A DNA stretch of 64,000 nucleotides, taken from contig CAWHLR010000035.1 in NCBI GenBank assembly GCA_963830235.1, positions 29,838-93,837 of the forward strand. The letters are read 5' to 3'. Positions 28,901 through 37,855 of the stretch are shown piece after piece (within the stretch, counting starts at the first letter, position 1; each line of letters starts with the position of its first letter). The DNA is from an uncultured Verrucomicrobiae bacterium (GTDB lineage: Bacteria; Verrucomicrobiota; Verrucomicrobiia; Limisphaerales; UBA11358). The notes beneath the pieces are model-generated. The model did no database searches and had not been told where the DNA came from. It saw nothing but the letters and a program-made list of their open reading frames with translations. The position numbers were made by a program, and so were the translations under genes.

Positions 28901-29574
28901 AGATCCCAGCCGGCGGCGCAAAGTTTTTCCTGAAGGTCATCGTTGCGCGCCATCTGGTCGAGCCGGACGATGAGATGGTCAATGTCTTCAAAGGGATTGC
29001 CGCTGGGAGTGGCAGCTTCCAAGTCTTTGGTGAAGACGCGAAATTCGAGGCCGAATTTCTCAAACATTTCATCGCGCCACTGCTCGACCAGGCTGCCGGG
29101 GGCGACGATGACGATGCGGCGGGCATCGGCGCGCATGATGAGTTCGCGGATGTAGAGGCCCGCCATGATGGTCTTGCCCGCGCCGGGGTCGTCCGCCAGG
29201 ACGAACCGCAACGGCTGGCGCGGCAGCATGGATTCATAGACCGCCGTGATCTGGTGCGGCAACGCTTCCACGTTGGACGTGTGAACGGCCATCATGGGAT
29301 CGAACAGAAAGGCGAGGTCAATGCGCTTGGCCTCGACCACCAGCTTGAAAGTTTCGCCGTCGCCGTCGAATGACCACGGGCGTTCGGTGGTCGCAACGGT
29401 GAGGTTCGGTTCGTCGGCGCGATTGATGAGGCGTTCCTTGAGCGTGCCGTCGGGAGTTTTGTAAAGCACCTGCACCGTTCCCTCGGCGATGGGCACAACC
29501 GCCACCACGCTGCCGATGACGGCAGGCTCAAGTCCCGTAAGCGGGACGCCCGGTTTGATGTCTTCAATTTTCAT
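25998..29574 (-). CDS. SNF2-family helicase fused to a DUF3883-like C-terminal domain, with one frameshift near 27527
   Basis: [22 protein letters not shown] and [11 protein letters not shown] lie in ORF 27490..29574. ORF 25998..27551 continues the protein (AIRYGD / GEDVRAKL) and ends with the DUF3883-like RHIEVKGR...ITRNE. Confidence 0.85.
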
Positions 29575-29824
29575 GGAACATCACCCTGAAGTATTTGTAT
29601 TTGTCAGAATGCAGGAAAAAAACACGAACTGCACGGAGAATTTCACACGGGGAAGGCGATGGCGGGATTTTATCGGGTCGCCGATTTGAAAACCACCCCG
29701 GGTGGAAATGATGATGCGAAAATAATTGAACATTGCAGGAGCACGGCGGGCCGAAAATCAGGTTGCCGGCAAGCGCCAATCCGAACTGGTTCAATGCAGC
29801 GCGGGTCGTCCGCCTTTCGGGGAC

Positions 29825-30118
29825 TCAATTTAGGCGAAACTCATGAATTGTGCAGAATGACATGCAGCCTCCTGGGTCGGAGGGGTCGCTTGCGGATTTG
29901 GATGATACTTTGTATCCGTAGGATTTTGCCAACTCAAGAGCCTTAGCGGATATTTCCTCGCTCGGCCCTGTCATAACACTGATTTTCGGCGACTTTTTTT
30001 GAAGCGAGCGCATTAATTCTTCAGGTTTTATTGTCATTGGGGAGATTATCTGCCCTGACTGGCTGGCGGTCAATGCGATGTTGTCAAACAGCACTTTTGA
30101 CGATCTCTCCACGGCCAT
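29825..30118 (-). CDS. hypothetical 97-aa protein
   Basis: Lower-GC ORF with non-shadow-like composition at the island edge. No motif recognised. Confidence 0.3.
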   Translation of the reverse strand: MAVERSSKVLFDNIALTASQSGQIISPMTIKPEELMRSLQKKSPKISVMTGPSEEISAKALELAKSYGYKVSSKSASDPSDPGGCMSFCTIHEFRLN

Positions 30119-30350
30119 CCGCTGTCCACGCGAAAAGATTTGCGACGGGAATCGGATTGCCGGTTGGTGCCGCTCGGCCTATGCTTTCCAACAAATGAAC
30201 ATCGCGCCTAAACCTGTCTATCTTTTTCTATCATCCGAAAAGGATTTCGCTGCATTTTGCCGCATCTTAACGAAAACGCGAAAACGCATTGATACCATTG
30301 ATTCTATTGGCTTCCCTGTGTTTTCAATGGTTTCGCCAAATGTGCCATAA

Positions 30351-30377
30351 CGAGTTCGAATCTCACCGCCCCGACCA
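30351..30377 (+). other. tRNA 3'-end-like fragment (T-loop plus acceptor strand plus CCA); possible att remnant
   Basis: CGAGTTCGAATCTCACCGCCCCGACCA contains GTTCGAATC and ends in ACCA. No matching 5' acceptor strand (CGGGGCG) lies ~70 nt upstream, so it is not a complete tRNA. Confidence 0.35.
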
Positions 30378-30406
30378 TTTCTCAATTTTTGATCGCCGAT
30401 TGCCGC

Positions 30407-31000
30407 ATGGAAATTCAAGCCGATCTGCTCGTCGAACTGGAGTCCATCCTCAAACGCCTCGATCTGGCGGAAATCTTTCCGGCAGCACAGCTGCTCGAAG
30501 TCGAGCTCGGCTGCGGCGACGCTTCGTTTCTGGTGGAATACGCGCGCCGGCATCCGGATCGGAATTTCATCGGGATTGAGCGGCTCCTCGGCCGCCTCCG
30601 CAAACTGGATCGCAAGGGCCGCCGCGCCGCGCTGACGAATTTGCGCGGCGTGCAGATCGAATCATCTTATTTTTTGAAATATCTTTTGCCGCCGCGGTCG
30701 GCGTCCGGGTTGCATATATATTTTCCCGATCCCTGGCCCAAGAAGAGGCACCGCAAAAACCGGCTCATCAACGAATCCTTCCCGCACCTGGCTGTCGCCG
30801 CTCTTGCTCCAGGCGGTGTGGTTTATTTGCGAACTGACGATGAAGATTACTTTGCGCAAATGACCGATGTGTTTGGCGCGAGCCGGGAATTTCAGAAGAT
30901 TGAAACGCCTTCCGAACTGGCGGAACTGCTTACGGATTTCGAGCGGGAATTTCACGCCCGGGGAATCCAGACGCTGCGCGCGGCTTACCGGGCGGCGTAA
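30407..31000 (+). CDS. trmB: tRNA (guanine-N7)-methyltransferase
   Basis: LEVELGCGDASFL is a SAM-binding motif. YFPDPWPKKRHRKNRL is the TrmB signature. ATG 30407 chosen. Confidence 0.85.
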   Translation: MEIQADLLVELESILKRLDLAEIFPAAQLLEVELGCGDASFLVEYARRHPDRNFIGIERLLGRLRKLDRKGRRAALTNLRGVQIESSYFLKYLLPPRSASGLHIYFPDPWPKKRHRKNRLINESFPHLAVAALAPGGVVYLRTDDEDYFAQMTDVFGASREFQKIETPSELAELLTDFEREFHARGIQTLRAAYRAA

Positions 31001-31009
31001 ATCCGACGT

Positions 31010-31453
31010 TCAAACATCAATCACCGGACCGTTGTCATCATCGGATTTTCGAGATGGCGGCGGGCGGCGTTGGACGGTAACGCGCCCGCCACCGGTCAAA
31101 ATGTTCAGCATCACCGACACGACGCTGATGATGAGCGAACCGAGGAAGGCGTAGCCAAAGCTGTCCACGTGAAAAAACGGCAGCAGCACGCTGACAAAGA
31201 TCAGCAGCAACGCATTGATGACGAACGTGAAGAGGCCCAGCGTGAAAATCAGCAGCGGCAGCGCGAAGAGCATCAGAATCGGCCGGACGAACGCATTGAG
31301 AATGCCCAGCAGCAGCGACACCATCAGCAGATTCACGGCATTGTTGCCGTAACTGATGTGGTTGTGCAAAATCATCACCGCCACCGCCACCGCAAGGGTG
31401 TTGATGGCCCAGTTTCCGAGAAAACGCAGAATTTTTTGTGTGCCAGGCTGCAT
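31010..31453 (-). CDS. Phage_holin_4_2 / YvlD-family membrane protein
   Basis: LLGILNAFVRPILMLFALPLLIFTLGLFTFVINALLL fits the family pattern. Confidence 0.65.
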   Translation of the reverse strand: MQPGTQKILRFLGNWAINTLAVAVAVMILHNHISYGNNAVNLLMVSLLLGILNAFVRPILMLFALPLLIFTLGLFTFVINALLLIFVSVLLPFFHVDSFGYAFLGSLIISVVSVMLNILTGGGRVTVQRRPPPSRKSDDDNGPVIDV

Positions 31454-31563
31454 GTCGCGCGCTAAAAAACAGCGTGCTCCAAACTGCGCCAGCCGGCGTT
31501 AAAAAACAAGAAACGTTTTTTGGTGGATTGTCAGGCCCGGTCGCTGCAAATTATCCGCCAATT

Positions 31564-32469
31564 ATGAAAAACCCCCGGTTTCTACCCGTCGCGTTAACTG
31601 GTTTCGTCATGGTGGCATCGCCGTTCGCTTCCGCTCAAAGCGTCGTTGCGCCCGGAGCCAAGCTCGAAAAGCTGTCCGGAGACCTTCAATTCACCGAAGG
31701 TCCAACCTGCGACGCCAGCGGCAACATTTTTTTCACCGACCAGCCCAACGATCGCATCATGAAGTGGAGCTTGGACGGCAAGCTCTCCACGTTCCTGCAA
31801 CCGGCTGGCCGCGCAAACGGCATGTATTTCGACGCCAAGGGCAATCTGATTGCCTGTGCCGACGAGAAGAACGAGTTGTGGTCCATCACGCCCGATAAAA
31901 AAGTGACCGTGCTCATTAAAAACTATCAGGGCAAATACCTCAATGGTCCGAATGACGTGTGGGTCGTGCCGGGCGGTGGCCTGTATATCACCGATCCGTT
32001 TTACAAACGCCCATGGTGGGATCACGATACGATGGCGCTGGACGGCGAGCAGGTTTATTACCTTTCACCGGACGGCAAAAAACTGGCGCGGGTCACCAAT
32101 GATCTCAAAAAGCCCAATGGCATCACCGGCGCGCCGGACGGCAAGAAACTTTTTGTCGCCGATATCGGCGCGGACCGCACTTGGGCTTACGACATCCAGC
32201 CGGACGGCTCGCTCACGAATAAAACGCTATTCTGCATGAAGGGATCCGACGGCATGACGATTGACGAAAAGGGCAATATTTACATTACCGGCAAAGGCGT
32301 GACGGTCTTCGACAACACCGGCAAACAAATCGAACATATTGACGTGCAGGAACCCTGGACGGCCAACGTCAGCTTTGGCGGCAAGGATCATCAGACGCTG
32401 TTCATCACCGCGAGCAAATCGCTTTACTCCATCCGGTTGATTTTCAAAGGCGCGAACCCGTCGAAGTAA
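31564..32469 (+). CDS. SMP-30/gluconolactonase/LRE-family beta-propeller protein, secreted
   Basis: Signal peptide, plus FTEGPTCDASGNIFFTDQPNDRIMKW. Confidence 0.8.
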   Translation: MKNPRFLPVALTGFVMVASPFASAQSVVAPGAKLEKLSGDLQFTEGPTCDASGNIFFTDQPNDRIMKWSLDGKLSTFLQPAGRANGMYFDAKGNLIACADEKNELWSITPDKKVTVLIKNYQGKYLNGPNDVWVVPGGGLYITDPFYKRPWWDHDTMALDGEQVYYLSPDGKKLARVTNDLKKPNGITGAPDGKKLFVADIGADRTWAYDIQPDGSLTNKTLFCMKGSDGMTIDEKGNIYITGKGVTVFDNTGKQIEHIDVQEPWTANVSFGGKDHQTLFITASKSLYSIRLIFKGANPSK

Positions 32470-32480
32470 ATCTTGATTGA

Positions 32481-32538
32481 CGATATACGATTTACGAGAC
32501 ATTCCACCATTCCCGCTCACCGCGTAAATCGCATATCG
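32481..32538. terminator. 16-bp-stem hairpin between convergent genes; member of the CGTAAAT-type repeat family
   Basis: CGATATACGATTTACG (32481-32496) pairs with CGTAAATCGCATATCG (32523-32538) with one mismatch. It lies between the gluconolactonase stop and the folA stop. Confidence 0.5.
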
Positions 32539-32601
32539 TAAATCGAAAATAATGCGCCTCATGCCGGCTCCCGCTGGAACAAGACGTTTTTGAACGGATG
32601 G

Positions 32602-33195
32602 TTAACCTTCCGGAGAACCCAGTGACCGGCGCCGGTAATGCAGGATTTCGAACTCCGGCGTGTCGTGGATTTTCCCGGCCAGTTTAAATTGTTTTTCAAA
32701 CGGCGGGAAAAACGCGTCGCCACCTTCCACCTCGCGTTTGATGAGCGTGAGGTAGAGATCTGAACACCGCGGCAATGCCTGCGCGTAAATTTCCGCGCCG
32801 CCGCAGATGAAAATGTCATTGGGAAACTCGTCGGGGTCCAGTTTGTTCAGCGAGTTGAAAATCAAAATTTCGGTCTCCTGTATTTCACCCAGTTTGCTGA
32901 AATGAAACTGGTAGGCGCGCTTGAGCTGGCGTCCGCCGCGCCACTCGTGGTATTGCCCGAAAATCTCCGGATGACTTTTTATGAGCCGCTGCGGATGCCG
33001 CGTGAGCACCATGTTTTTGCGGTTGGGCAGCGGCTGGCCGAGGCTTTCAAACGTCTTCCGGCCCATGACGATGACATTGCCCATCGTCATTTTTTTGAAC
33101 CACTTGAAATCCTCCGGCAGATGCCACGGGATTTTGCCGCCCGCGCCAATCACGCGGTTCAGCGACATCGCGGCAATGGCTTTGAAGTGTTTCAT
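32602..33195 (-). CDS. folA: dihydrofolate reductase
   Basis: [38 protein letters not shown]. Confidence 0.85.
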   Translation of the reverse strand: MKHFKAIAAMSLNRVIGAGGKIPWHLPEDFKWFKKMTMGNVIVMGRKTFESLGQPLPNRKNMVLTRHPQRLIKSHPEIFGQYHEWRGGRQLKRAYQFHFSKLGEIQETEILIFNSLNKLDPDEFPNDIFICGGAEIYAQALPRCSDLYLTLIKREVEGGDAFFPPFEKQFKLAGKIHDTPEFEILHYRRRSLGSPEG

Positions 33196-33243
33196 GTGAC
33201 AAATTTCTCACCTCCGCTGCCCGGAGGGCAGCAATATGGGTAG

Positions 33244-33834
33244 CCGTGGGTGCAACCCACGGAAAACATGAAAAAGAAAACCACGACCCCAACGGGGTCG
33301 AATAAAATCATCGCCAAACCGCGGATCATAACAAATATCTTTCATCAAATTCGATTCCCGCATCGCGCAATAGTTTGCGGTATTCATCCAAAAAGTCCAC
33401 CTGCCGGTGATGCTCCTCCTGGCTCTTGATGTATTCGATCAACGCCGTCTTTTCCGCACTGAATGTGTAAACGCGCCATAACCTTCCTGCCAATGGTCGA
33501 ATTGTGGAAACACCTTGTTTTCCTTGATCCATTTGCCGCTGCCGGTCTTGATGGCCTTGATCAAACCCGCGAGACCAACGGTCGGATGCAACGAGGTCAG
33601 GATGTGAACGTGGTCTTCGGCGCCGTTGAGACGGAACACATGGCTTTCGTGATTCTTGATGATGCCCCAGATGTAACGAAACAAGTCCTCGCGGCGTGGT
33701 TTGTCCAGCACGCGCTCGCGATTTTTTGTCGCGAAGACGATGTGATAAATAATCTGTGTGTAGGTGGCCAATGTTGTTCGACCCCTTCAGGGTCGTTGTA
33801 TTTTATCATCGCAAACCGCAGGTTGCACCTGCGG
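33244..33834. mobile_element. RAYT gene flanked by REP-like hairpins
   Basis: Left hairpins are at 33244-33262 (CCGTGGGTGCAACCCACGG) and 33284-33300. Right hairpins are at 33779-33795 and 33816-33834 (CCGCAGGTTGCACCTGCGG). The outer arms are inverted copies of each other. Confidence 0.55.
33326..33771 (-). pseudogene. REP-associated tyrosine transposase (IS200/IS605 TnpA-like Y1), with a frameshift near 33468
   Basis: YHIVFATKNRE, an HUH motif (DHVHIL), WQEGYGAF, then YIKSQEEHH in the second frame. An apparent extra CA in ACACA causes the shift. Confidence 0.8.
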
Positions 33835-33871
33835 CTATCCATGTTCCGGCCCTCTCGGGCCTTAAATTTGT

Positions 33872-34666
33872 TCACACCGCAATCGGCGCCTTGATGCCTG
33901 GATGCGGGTCGTAACCGGTCAGTTCAAAATCTTCGAACTTGAAGTCGTGGATGTATTTCACCACTGGATTCAATTTCATCTGCGGCAGCGCACGCGGCGC
34001 ACGCGAAAGTTGCAACTTCGCCTGTTCAATATGGTTCTGGTAAAGATGCAAATCGCCGAAAGTGTGGACGAAATCGCCGGGCTTCAGGCCGCAAACCTGC
34101 GCGACCATCAGCGTGAGCAGCGCATAACTGGGAATGTTGAACGGCACGCCCAGGAAAATATCCGCGCTGCGCTGGTAGAGCTGGCAGCTTAATTCGCCGT
34201 CGCTTACGTAGAACTGGAACAGCGCGTGGCACGGCGGCAACGCCATCTGCCCGATTTCGCCCGGATTCCACGCGCTGACGATGTGCCGCCGGCTGTCGGG
34301 ATTCTTTTTGATCTGCTCGATGACCTGGTCAATTTGATTGAGGGAGCGCCCGTCGGGCGTGCGCCAGTCGCACCATTGCGCGCCATAAACGCGGCCCAGG
34401 CTGCCATCCTTGTCCGCCCATTCGTTCCAGATCGTCACGCCGTGCTCGTTGAGATATTTGACGTTGGTGTCGCCGCGCAGGAACCAGAGCAGTTCGTAGA
34501 TGATGGATTTGGTGTGGACCTTCTTGGTCGTGAGCAGCGGATAATTGGTTCGCAAATCAAACCGTGCCTGAGCGCCGAACACGGAATACGTGCCGGTGCC
34601 CGTGCGGTCGGCCTTGAATTTTCCGTGCTCCAAAACCTGTCGCAGCAAATCGAGATACTGAATCAT
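33872..34666 (-). CDS. thyA: thymidylate synthase
   Basis: [19 protein letters not shown] (catalytic Cys), and a 264-aa length. Confidence 0.95.
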   Translation of the reverse strand: MIQYLDLLRQVLEHGKFKADRTGTGTYSVFGAQARFDLRTNYPLLTTKKVHTKSIIYELLWFLRGDTNVKYLNEHGVTIWNEWADKDGSLGRVYGAQWCDWRTPDGRSLNQIDQVIEQIKKNPDSRRHIVSAWNPGEIGQMALPPCHALFQFYVSDGELSCQLYQRSADIFLGVPFNIPSYALLTLMVAQVCGLKPGDFVHTFGDLHLYQNHIEQAKLQLSRAPRALPQMKLNPVVKYIHDFKFEDFELTGYDPHPGIKAPIAV

Positions 34667-34683
34667 CGCGGGGAAAATTTAAC

Positions 34684-34710
34684 CACGAAAGACACGAAAG
34701 ACACGAAAAG
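34684..34710 (+). repeat. 3 x 9-nt tandem repeat (CACGAAAGA) just upstream of thyA
   Basis: CACGAAAGACACGAAAGACACGAAAAG read directly from the sequence. Confidence 0.8.
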
Positions 34711-34772
34711 AAATTTAACTTCACTCGCAAGAAAGTTGCGACAAGACATTGCCGCTGATTATAACAGGCGCT

Positions 34773-35021
34773 TTACTGATTCGTCTTTCCTTCCAATTCT
34801 GAGACTTGGAAAGTGTCACTTAACTTCCCGTGCTCTTCTTTCGCCATGCCCGGCAACTTCCCAGCGTCAAGTAATTCGGCCCACTTTTTTGCTACCCGAG
34901 CAAGATTTTCGACTTCCAAATTGCCGTCCATCTTTGAACTGCTATCGCTGGAATTCGACATCGCCCGACAAGCAGGTGACACAACCAGAAGGCAAAACAC
35001 GAGCAATAGACAATACTTCAT
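34773..35021 (-). CDS. small secreted protein or lipoprotein
   Basis: ATG 35021. Signal peptide MKYCLLLVFCLLVVSPACRA. Confidence 0.4.
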   Translation of the reverse strand: MKYCLLLVFCLLVVSPACRAMSNSSDSSSKMDGNLEVENLARVAKKWAELLDAGKLPGMAKEEHGKLSDTFQVSELEGKTNQ

Positions 35022-35155
35022 ACGGTGCTTTTCGTGCCGCCCATCCTGTTTCATGCTTGCCAGTAAGTTTCGCATTCAAGTTTCTGTCCAGCCCACTTTT
35101 GAAACTGCCGGTTGCAACAGCCCATTACTCCAACACTCACTCACTCCGCTTTCTG

Positions 35156-35380
35156 CTAAAACACAATCGGCTCGTTCAGCTTGCCGCATTGGATGCAGCG
35201 CGAGCGGTCCACGTCCGCGTCGTCGGTATAGACGTACCCGCATTTCTGGCAGCGGAAAATCCGGTCCTCCGAGTGCGTCGGCCCGAAGCGTCGGCGGCGC
35301 AGTTCGGAATAAATTCCAATGCCGCACAGCGCGCCGAGCAACAGGGCCACGTAAATCACAATCAGCGCGGGAATGCTCAT
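35156..35380 (-). CDS. small membrane-anchored zinc-ribbon protein
   Basis: One N-terminal TM segment, then CQKCGY...CIQCG. Confidence 0.45.
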   Translation of the reverse strand: MSIPALIVIYVALLLGALCGIGIYSELRRRRFGPTHSEDRIFRCQKCGYVYTDDADVDRSRCIQCGKLNEPIVF

Positions 35381-35381
35381 G

Positions 35382-36194
35382 CTACGGTAATGCGGCGGGC
35401 GGGTTCGTATCGGGCGGCGGCACGGTGTGCCAGTTGAAAATCATCTCCCCAACGGTCAGGCGCGACGCCGGTGCGAAGCGCACTGCGCGGGCAAGTTCGA
35501 GCGCGCGTAGATCGGCCTGGTCATACTGGTCGGCGGCATAACCGCTGTCGGGAGGGAGCAGGACGGCTGAAACCACGTCGCCGGCCTCGTTCACCAGCAA
35601 CTGCACCTTGCTCGGCGCGATCACGTTCGCATACGGCCACGACGGCAAAATGATCGGATCGAGCAATCGCCGTTGCGCAAGGTCATCCTGAATTTGCAGC
35701 GTGGAAGTTTGCGCGAGCGCGGATTCCGCCGGCAACTCTGGCGCGCTGAGTTTGACCGGCGGTTTCAATTGCAGCTCAAAGCTTGCGAAACGGTTGGTTT
35801 GCATGAATTGATTGAAAGCCAGCCCCAGTTCGTCGGCGGACAACTGCAGCCAGCGCGGCTTTTTTTCGGTCCAGCGAAACGGCGGCGGATTCACGGAGGG
35901 CGCGGGCAGCCAGATGGCGGATGCAAAATCGTTCCGATGCGGCAGCGCAAAGAGCGTGGGGTCGTTCAACGCGAACCATTCGCCGGAATCGGCAGTGAGG
36001 TTGAGCGTCGGAACATTCGTCACCGCGCGCGGGACAACTTGTTTTCGCCCGCCGAAGGCGAAAAGCAGCAGGAGGTGAGCGGCGAAAACCAGCGCAACCA
36101 ACGTCAACCACCGGCCGCGCGTCCACGAGCCTCCGCCCGGCGGTGTCGTCTCCGCCAGCCCGGCGGAATGCGGTTCGACGGAAGCGGCGTTCAT
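35382..36194 (-). CDS. TonB-like energy transducer
   Basis: One TM segment, a Pro-containing linker and a C-terminal TonB-like domain. Located downstream of exbB/exbD with overlapping junctions. Confidence 0.6.
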   Translation of the reverse strand: MNAASVEPHSAGLAETTPPGGGSWTRGRWLTLVALVFAAHLLLLFAFGGRKQVVPRAVTNVPTLNLTADSGEWFALNDPTLFALPHRNDFASAIWLPAPSVNPPPFRWTEKKPRWLQLSADELGLAFNQFMQTNRFASFELQLKPPVKLSAPELPAESALAQTSTLQIQDDLAQRRLLDPIILPSWPYANVIAPSKVQLLVNEAGDVVSAVLLPPDSGYAADQYDQADLRALELARAVRFAPASRLTVGEMIFNWHTVPPPDTNPPAALP

Positions 36195-36616
36195 GGCGCG
36201 GCGGGAGCGGTGACAATGCGCGGCAACGTCGCGAGCAGCGCGTTTTGGATGCCGGCATCGCGCGCAAGCAGCGCCAGATGGATGAGCCGGTCGTAAGTCA
36301 CGGTTTTGTCGGCGTGAATGACGAGCGTGAGCGGCGCGCGGGATTTTTTGACGGCGGTTTTCAGGGCTGATGCCAATTTATCTTCAGCGATCATTTGATT
36401 GGCGAAATAAAATCGTCCATTGGCGTCCACCGCCACGGCGACCGTCGGCTGGTCGGTTCCGGGCAGGTCATTCGCCACCGGCAAGCGCAGCGGCAGGCCG
36501 GACGTGGGCAAAAATTCGCCGAACATCAGGAAAATGACCAGCAGGAACAAAACCGCGGCGAACGGCGCCATGTCAAACGAGCTGCGCAGCAGCCGGGAAT
36601 TGCGGGGGAATTTCAT
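36191..36616 (-). CDS. exbD: biopolymer transport protein ExbD/TolR
   Basis: 141 aa with one N-terminal TM segment. The pattern and operon context fit ExbD. Confidence 0.8.
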   Translation of the reverse strand: MKFPRNSRLLRSSFDMAPFAAVLFLLVIFLMFGEFLPTSGLPLRLPVANDLPGTDQPTVAVAVDANGRFYFANQMIAEDKLASALKTAVKKSRAPLTLVIHADKTVTYDRLIHLALLARDAGIQNALLATLPRIVTAPAAP

Positions 36617-37236
36617 GACGGTTTGCCGTTGCCGTTCTCGGTGACGATGTTGACGATTTCAGCGGCGGCGCGTTCCATGTCGAGGACAATCTTGTTGATG
36701 CGGCTGACGAGATAGTTGTAAGCGGCGTGGGCGGGGATGGCCACGGCGATGCCCGCGGCCGCGCAAATGAGCGCCCGCCAGATGCCGTGGGAAAGCTGCC
36801 CGATGTGCGCGTACAAACCGGCTTCCTGCAACTGGCTGAAAATTTCCATGAAACCCAGGATGGTGCCGAGCAAACCCAGCAGCGGCGCGATTTGCGCGAT
36901 GGTGGCAAGCAGATTCAGGTGCTCCTCCAGCCGCGGCACCTCGGTCAGTCCGGCTTCCTCGACGGCTTCGCGCACGCGGTCGCGTCCGCGGTCGCGGTTG
37001 AGGATGGCGGTTTTGACGAGGCGCGCGACGGGGCCGGGCGTGGCATCACAGATGGAAATGGCCTCGACCACGTTGTCGCGCTTGAGCACGGTGCGGACGC
37101 CGTTGAGGAATTCGGCGGAATTGATTTGCGAGCGGTGGCAATACAGCACGCGCTCGATGAACACGGCAAGGGCGATGGCTGCGGCGAGCAAAATCAGCCA
37201 GATCACCGGGCCGCCCTGGGTCAGAAGCATTGGCAT
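36613..37236 (-). CDS. exbB: MotA/TolQ/ExbB proton-channel protein
   Basis: ATG 37236 chosen. IAPLLGLLGTILGFMEIF motif. The upstream extension of the ORF only translates a repeat tract. Confidence 0.85.
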   Translation of the reverse strand: MPMLLTQGGPVIWLILLAAAIALAVFIERVLYCHRSQINSAEFLNGVRTVLKRDNVVEAISICDATPGPVARLVKTAILNRDRGRDRVREAVEEAGLTEVPRLEEHLNLLATIAQIAPLLGLLGTILGFMEIFSQLQEAGLYAHIGQLSHGIWRALICAAAGIAVAIPAHAAYNYLVSRINKIVLDMERAAAEIVNIVTENGNGKPS

Positions 37237-37284
37237 GAAGTTTTTATAGGCGGTTGGACCACACGTGACAAGTGGCAAGTGAGG

Positions 37285-37351
37285 CGTGAAACGTGAAACG
37301 TGATGCGTGATGCGTGACTGGAAAAGATTCACGTTTTACGTTTTACTTTTC
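37285..37351 (+). repeat. 7-nt-phased tandem repeats (CGTGAAA x2, CGTGATG x2, CGTGACT; then ACGTTTT x2) forming an imperfect hairpin
   Basis: Read directly in the divergent exbB/dUTPase intergenic region. Confidence 0.8.
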
Positions 37352-37404
37352 ACACCCCTCGTTTTCGGCTTGCTTCCGGTTCGCCGCCAACGAATGCTTC
37401 GCGC

Positions 37405-37785
37405 ATGGAAAAACCCGACCAGTTCCGTGAATTGTTCCGAATGCAAAAGGCCCTCAACGAACGCATCGGCGTCCAAACCGACGGCATGAGCGAGGCGGAA
37501 AAAACGAAGTGGATTTTGAATTACTGCCGCGCGATGACCCAGGAAATTGCCGAGCTCACCGACAGCGTGCCGTGGAAATGGTGGGCGAAGTACCAGAAAT
37601 TCGACGACCAGAACGCGCGCGTCGAAGTGGTGGACCTTTTCCATTTTCTCATCAGCCTGGCGCAGGTGCTGGGCATGAGCGCGGACGACGTGTTTGCCGC
37701 CTACGTCAAGAAGAATGAGGTGAATTTCAAGCGCCAGGACAGCGGTTACACCAAAAAGGACGAGGACGATTCCAAACATATTTAA
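37405..37785 (+). CDS. dimeric dUTPase / MazG-like nucleotide pyrophosphohydrolase
   Basis: All-alpha 126-aa protein. AMTQEIAELTDSVPWKWW...EVVDLFHFLISLA fits the dUTPase_2 pattern. Confidence 0.6.
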   Translation: MEKPDQFRELFRMQKALNERIGVQTDGMSEAEKTKWILNYCRAMTQEIAELTDSVPWKWWAKYQKFDDQNARVEVVDLFHFLISLAQVLGMSADDVFAAYVKKNEVNFKRQDSGYTKKDEDDSKHI

Positions 37786-37855
37786 GCATTTAACAATTCC
37801 AGAAATCGGATGGGTTTGTAATGGCCCGCCACGATGAAAGGGACATAATCCAATC

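Noticed and set aside
30302-30377. Complete tRNA gene ending at 30377
   Set aside because: The 5' acceptor strand complementary to CGCCCCG is absent about 70 nt upstream, and the T-stem has only 3 good pairs. Kept only as a 3'-fragment.
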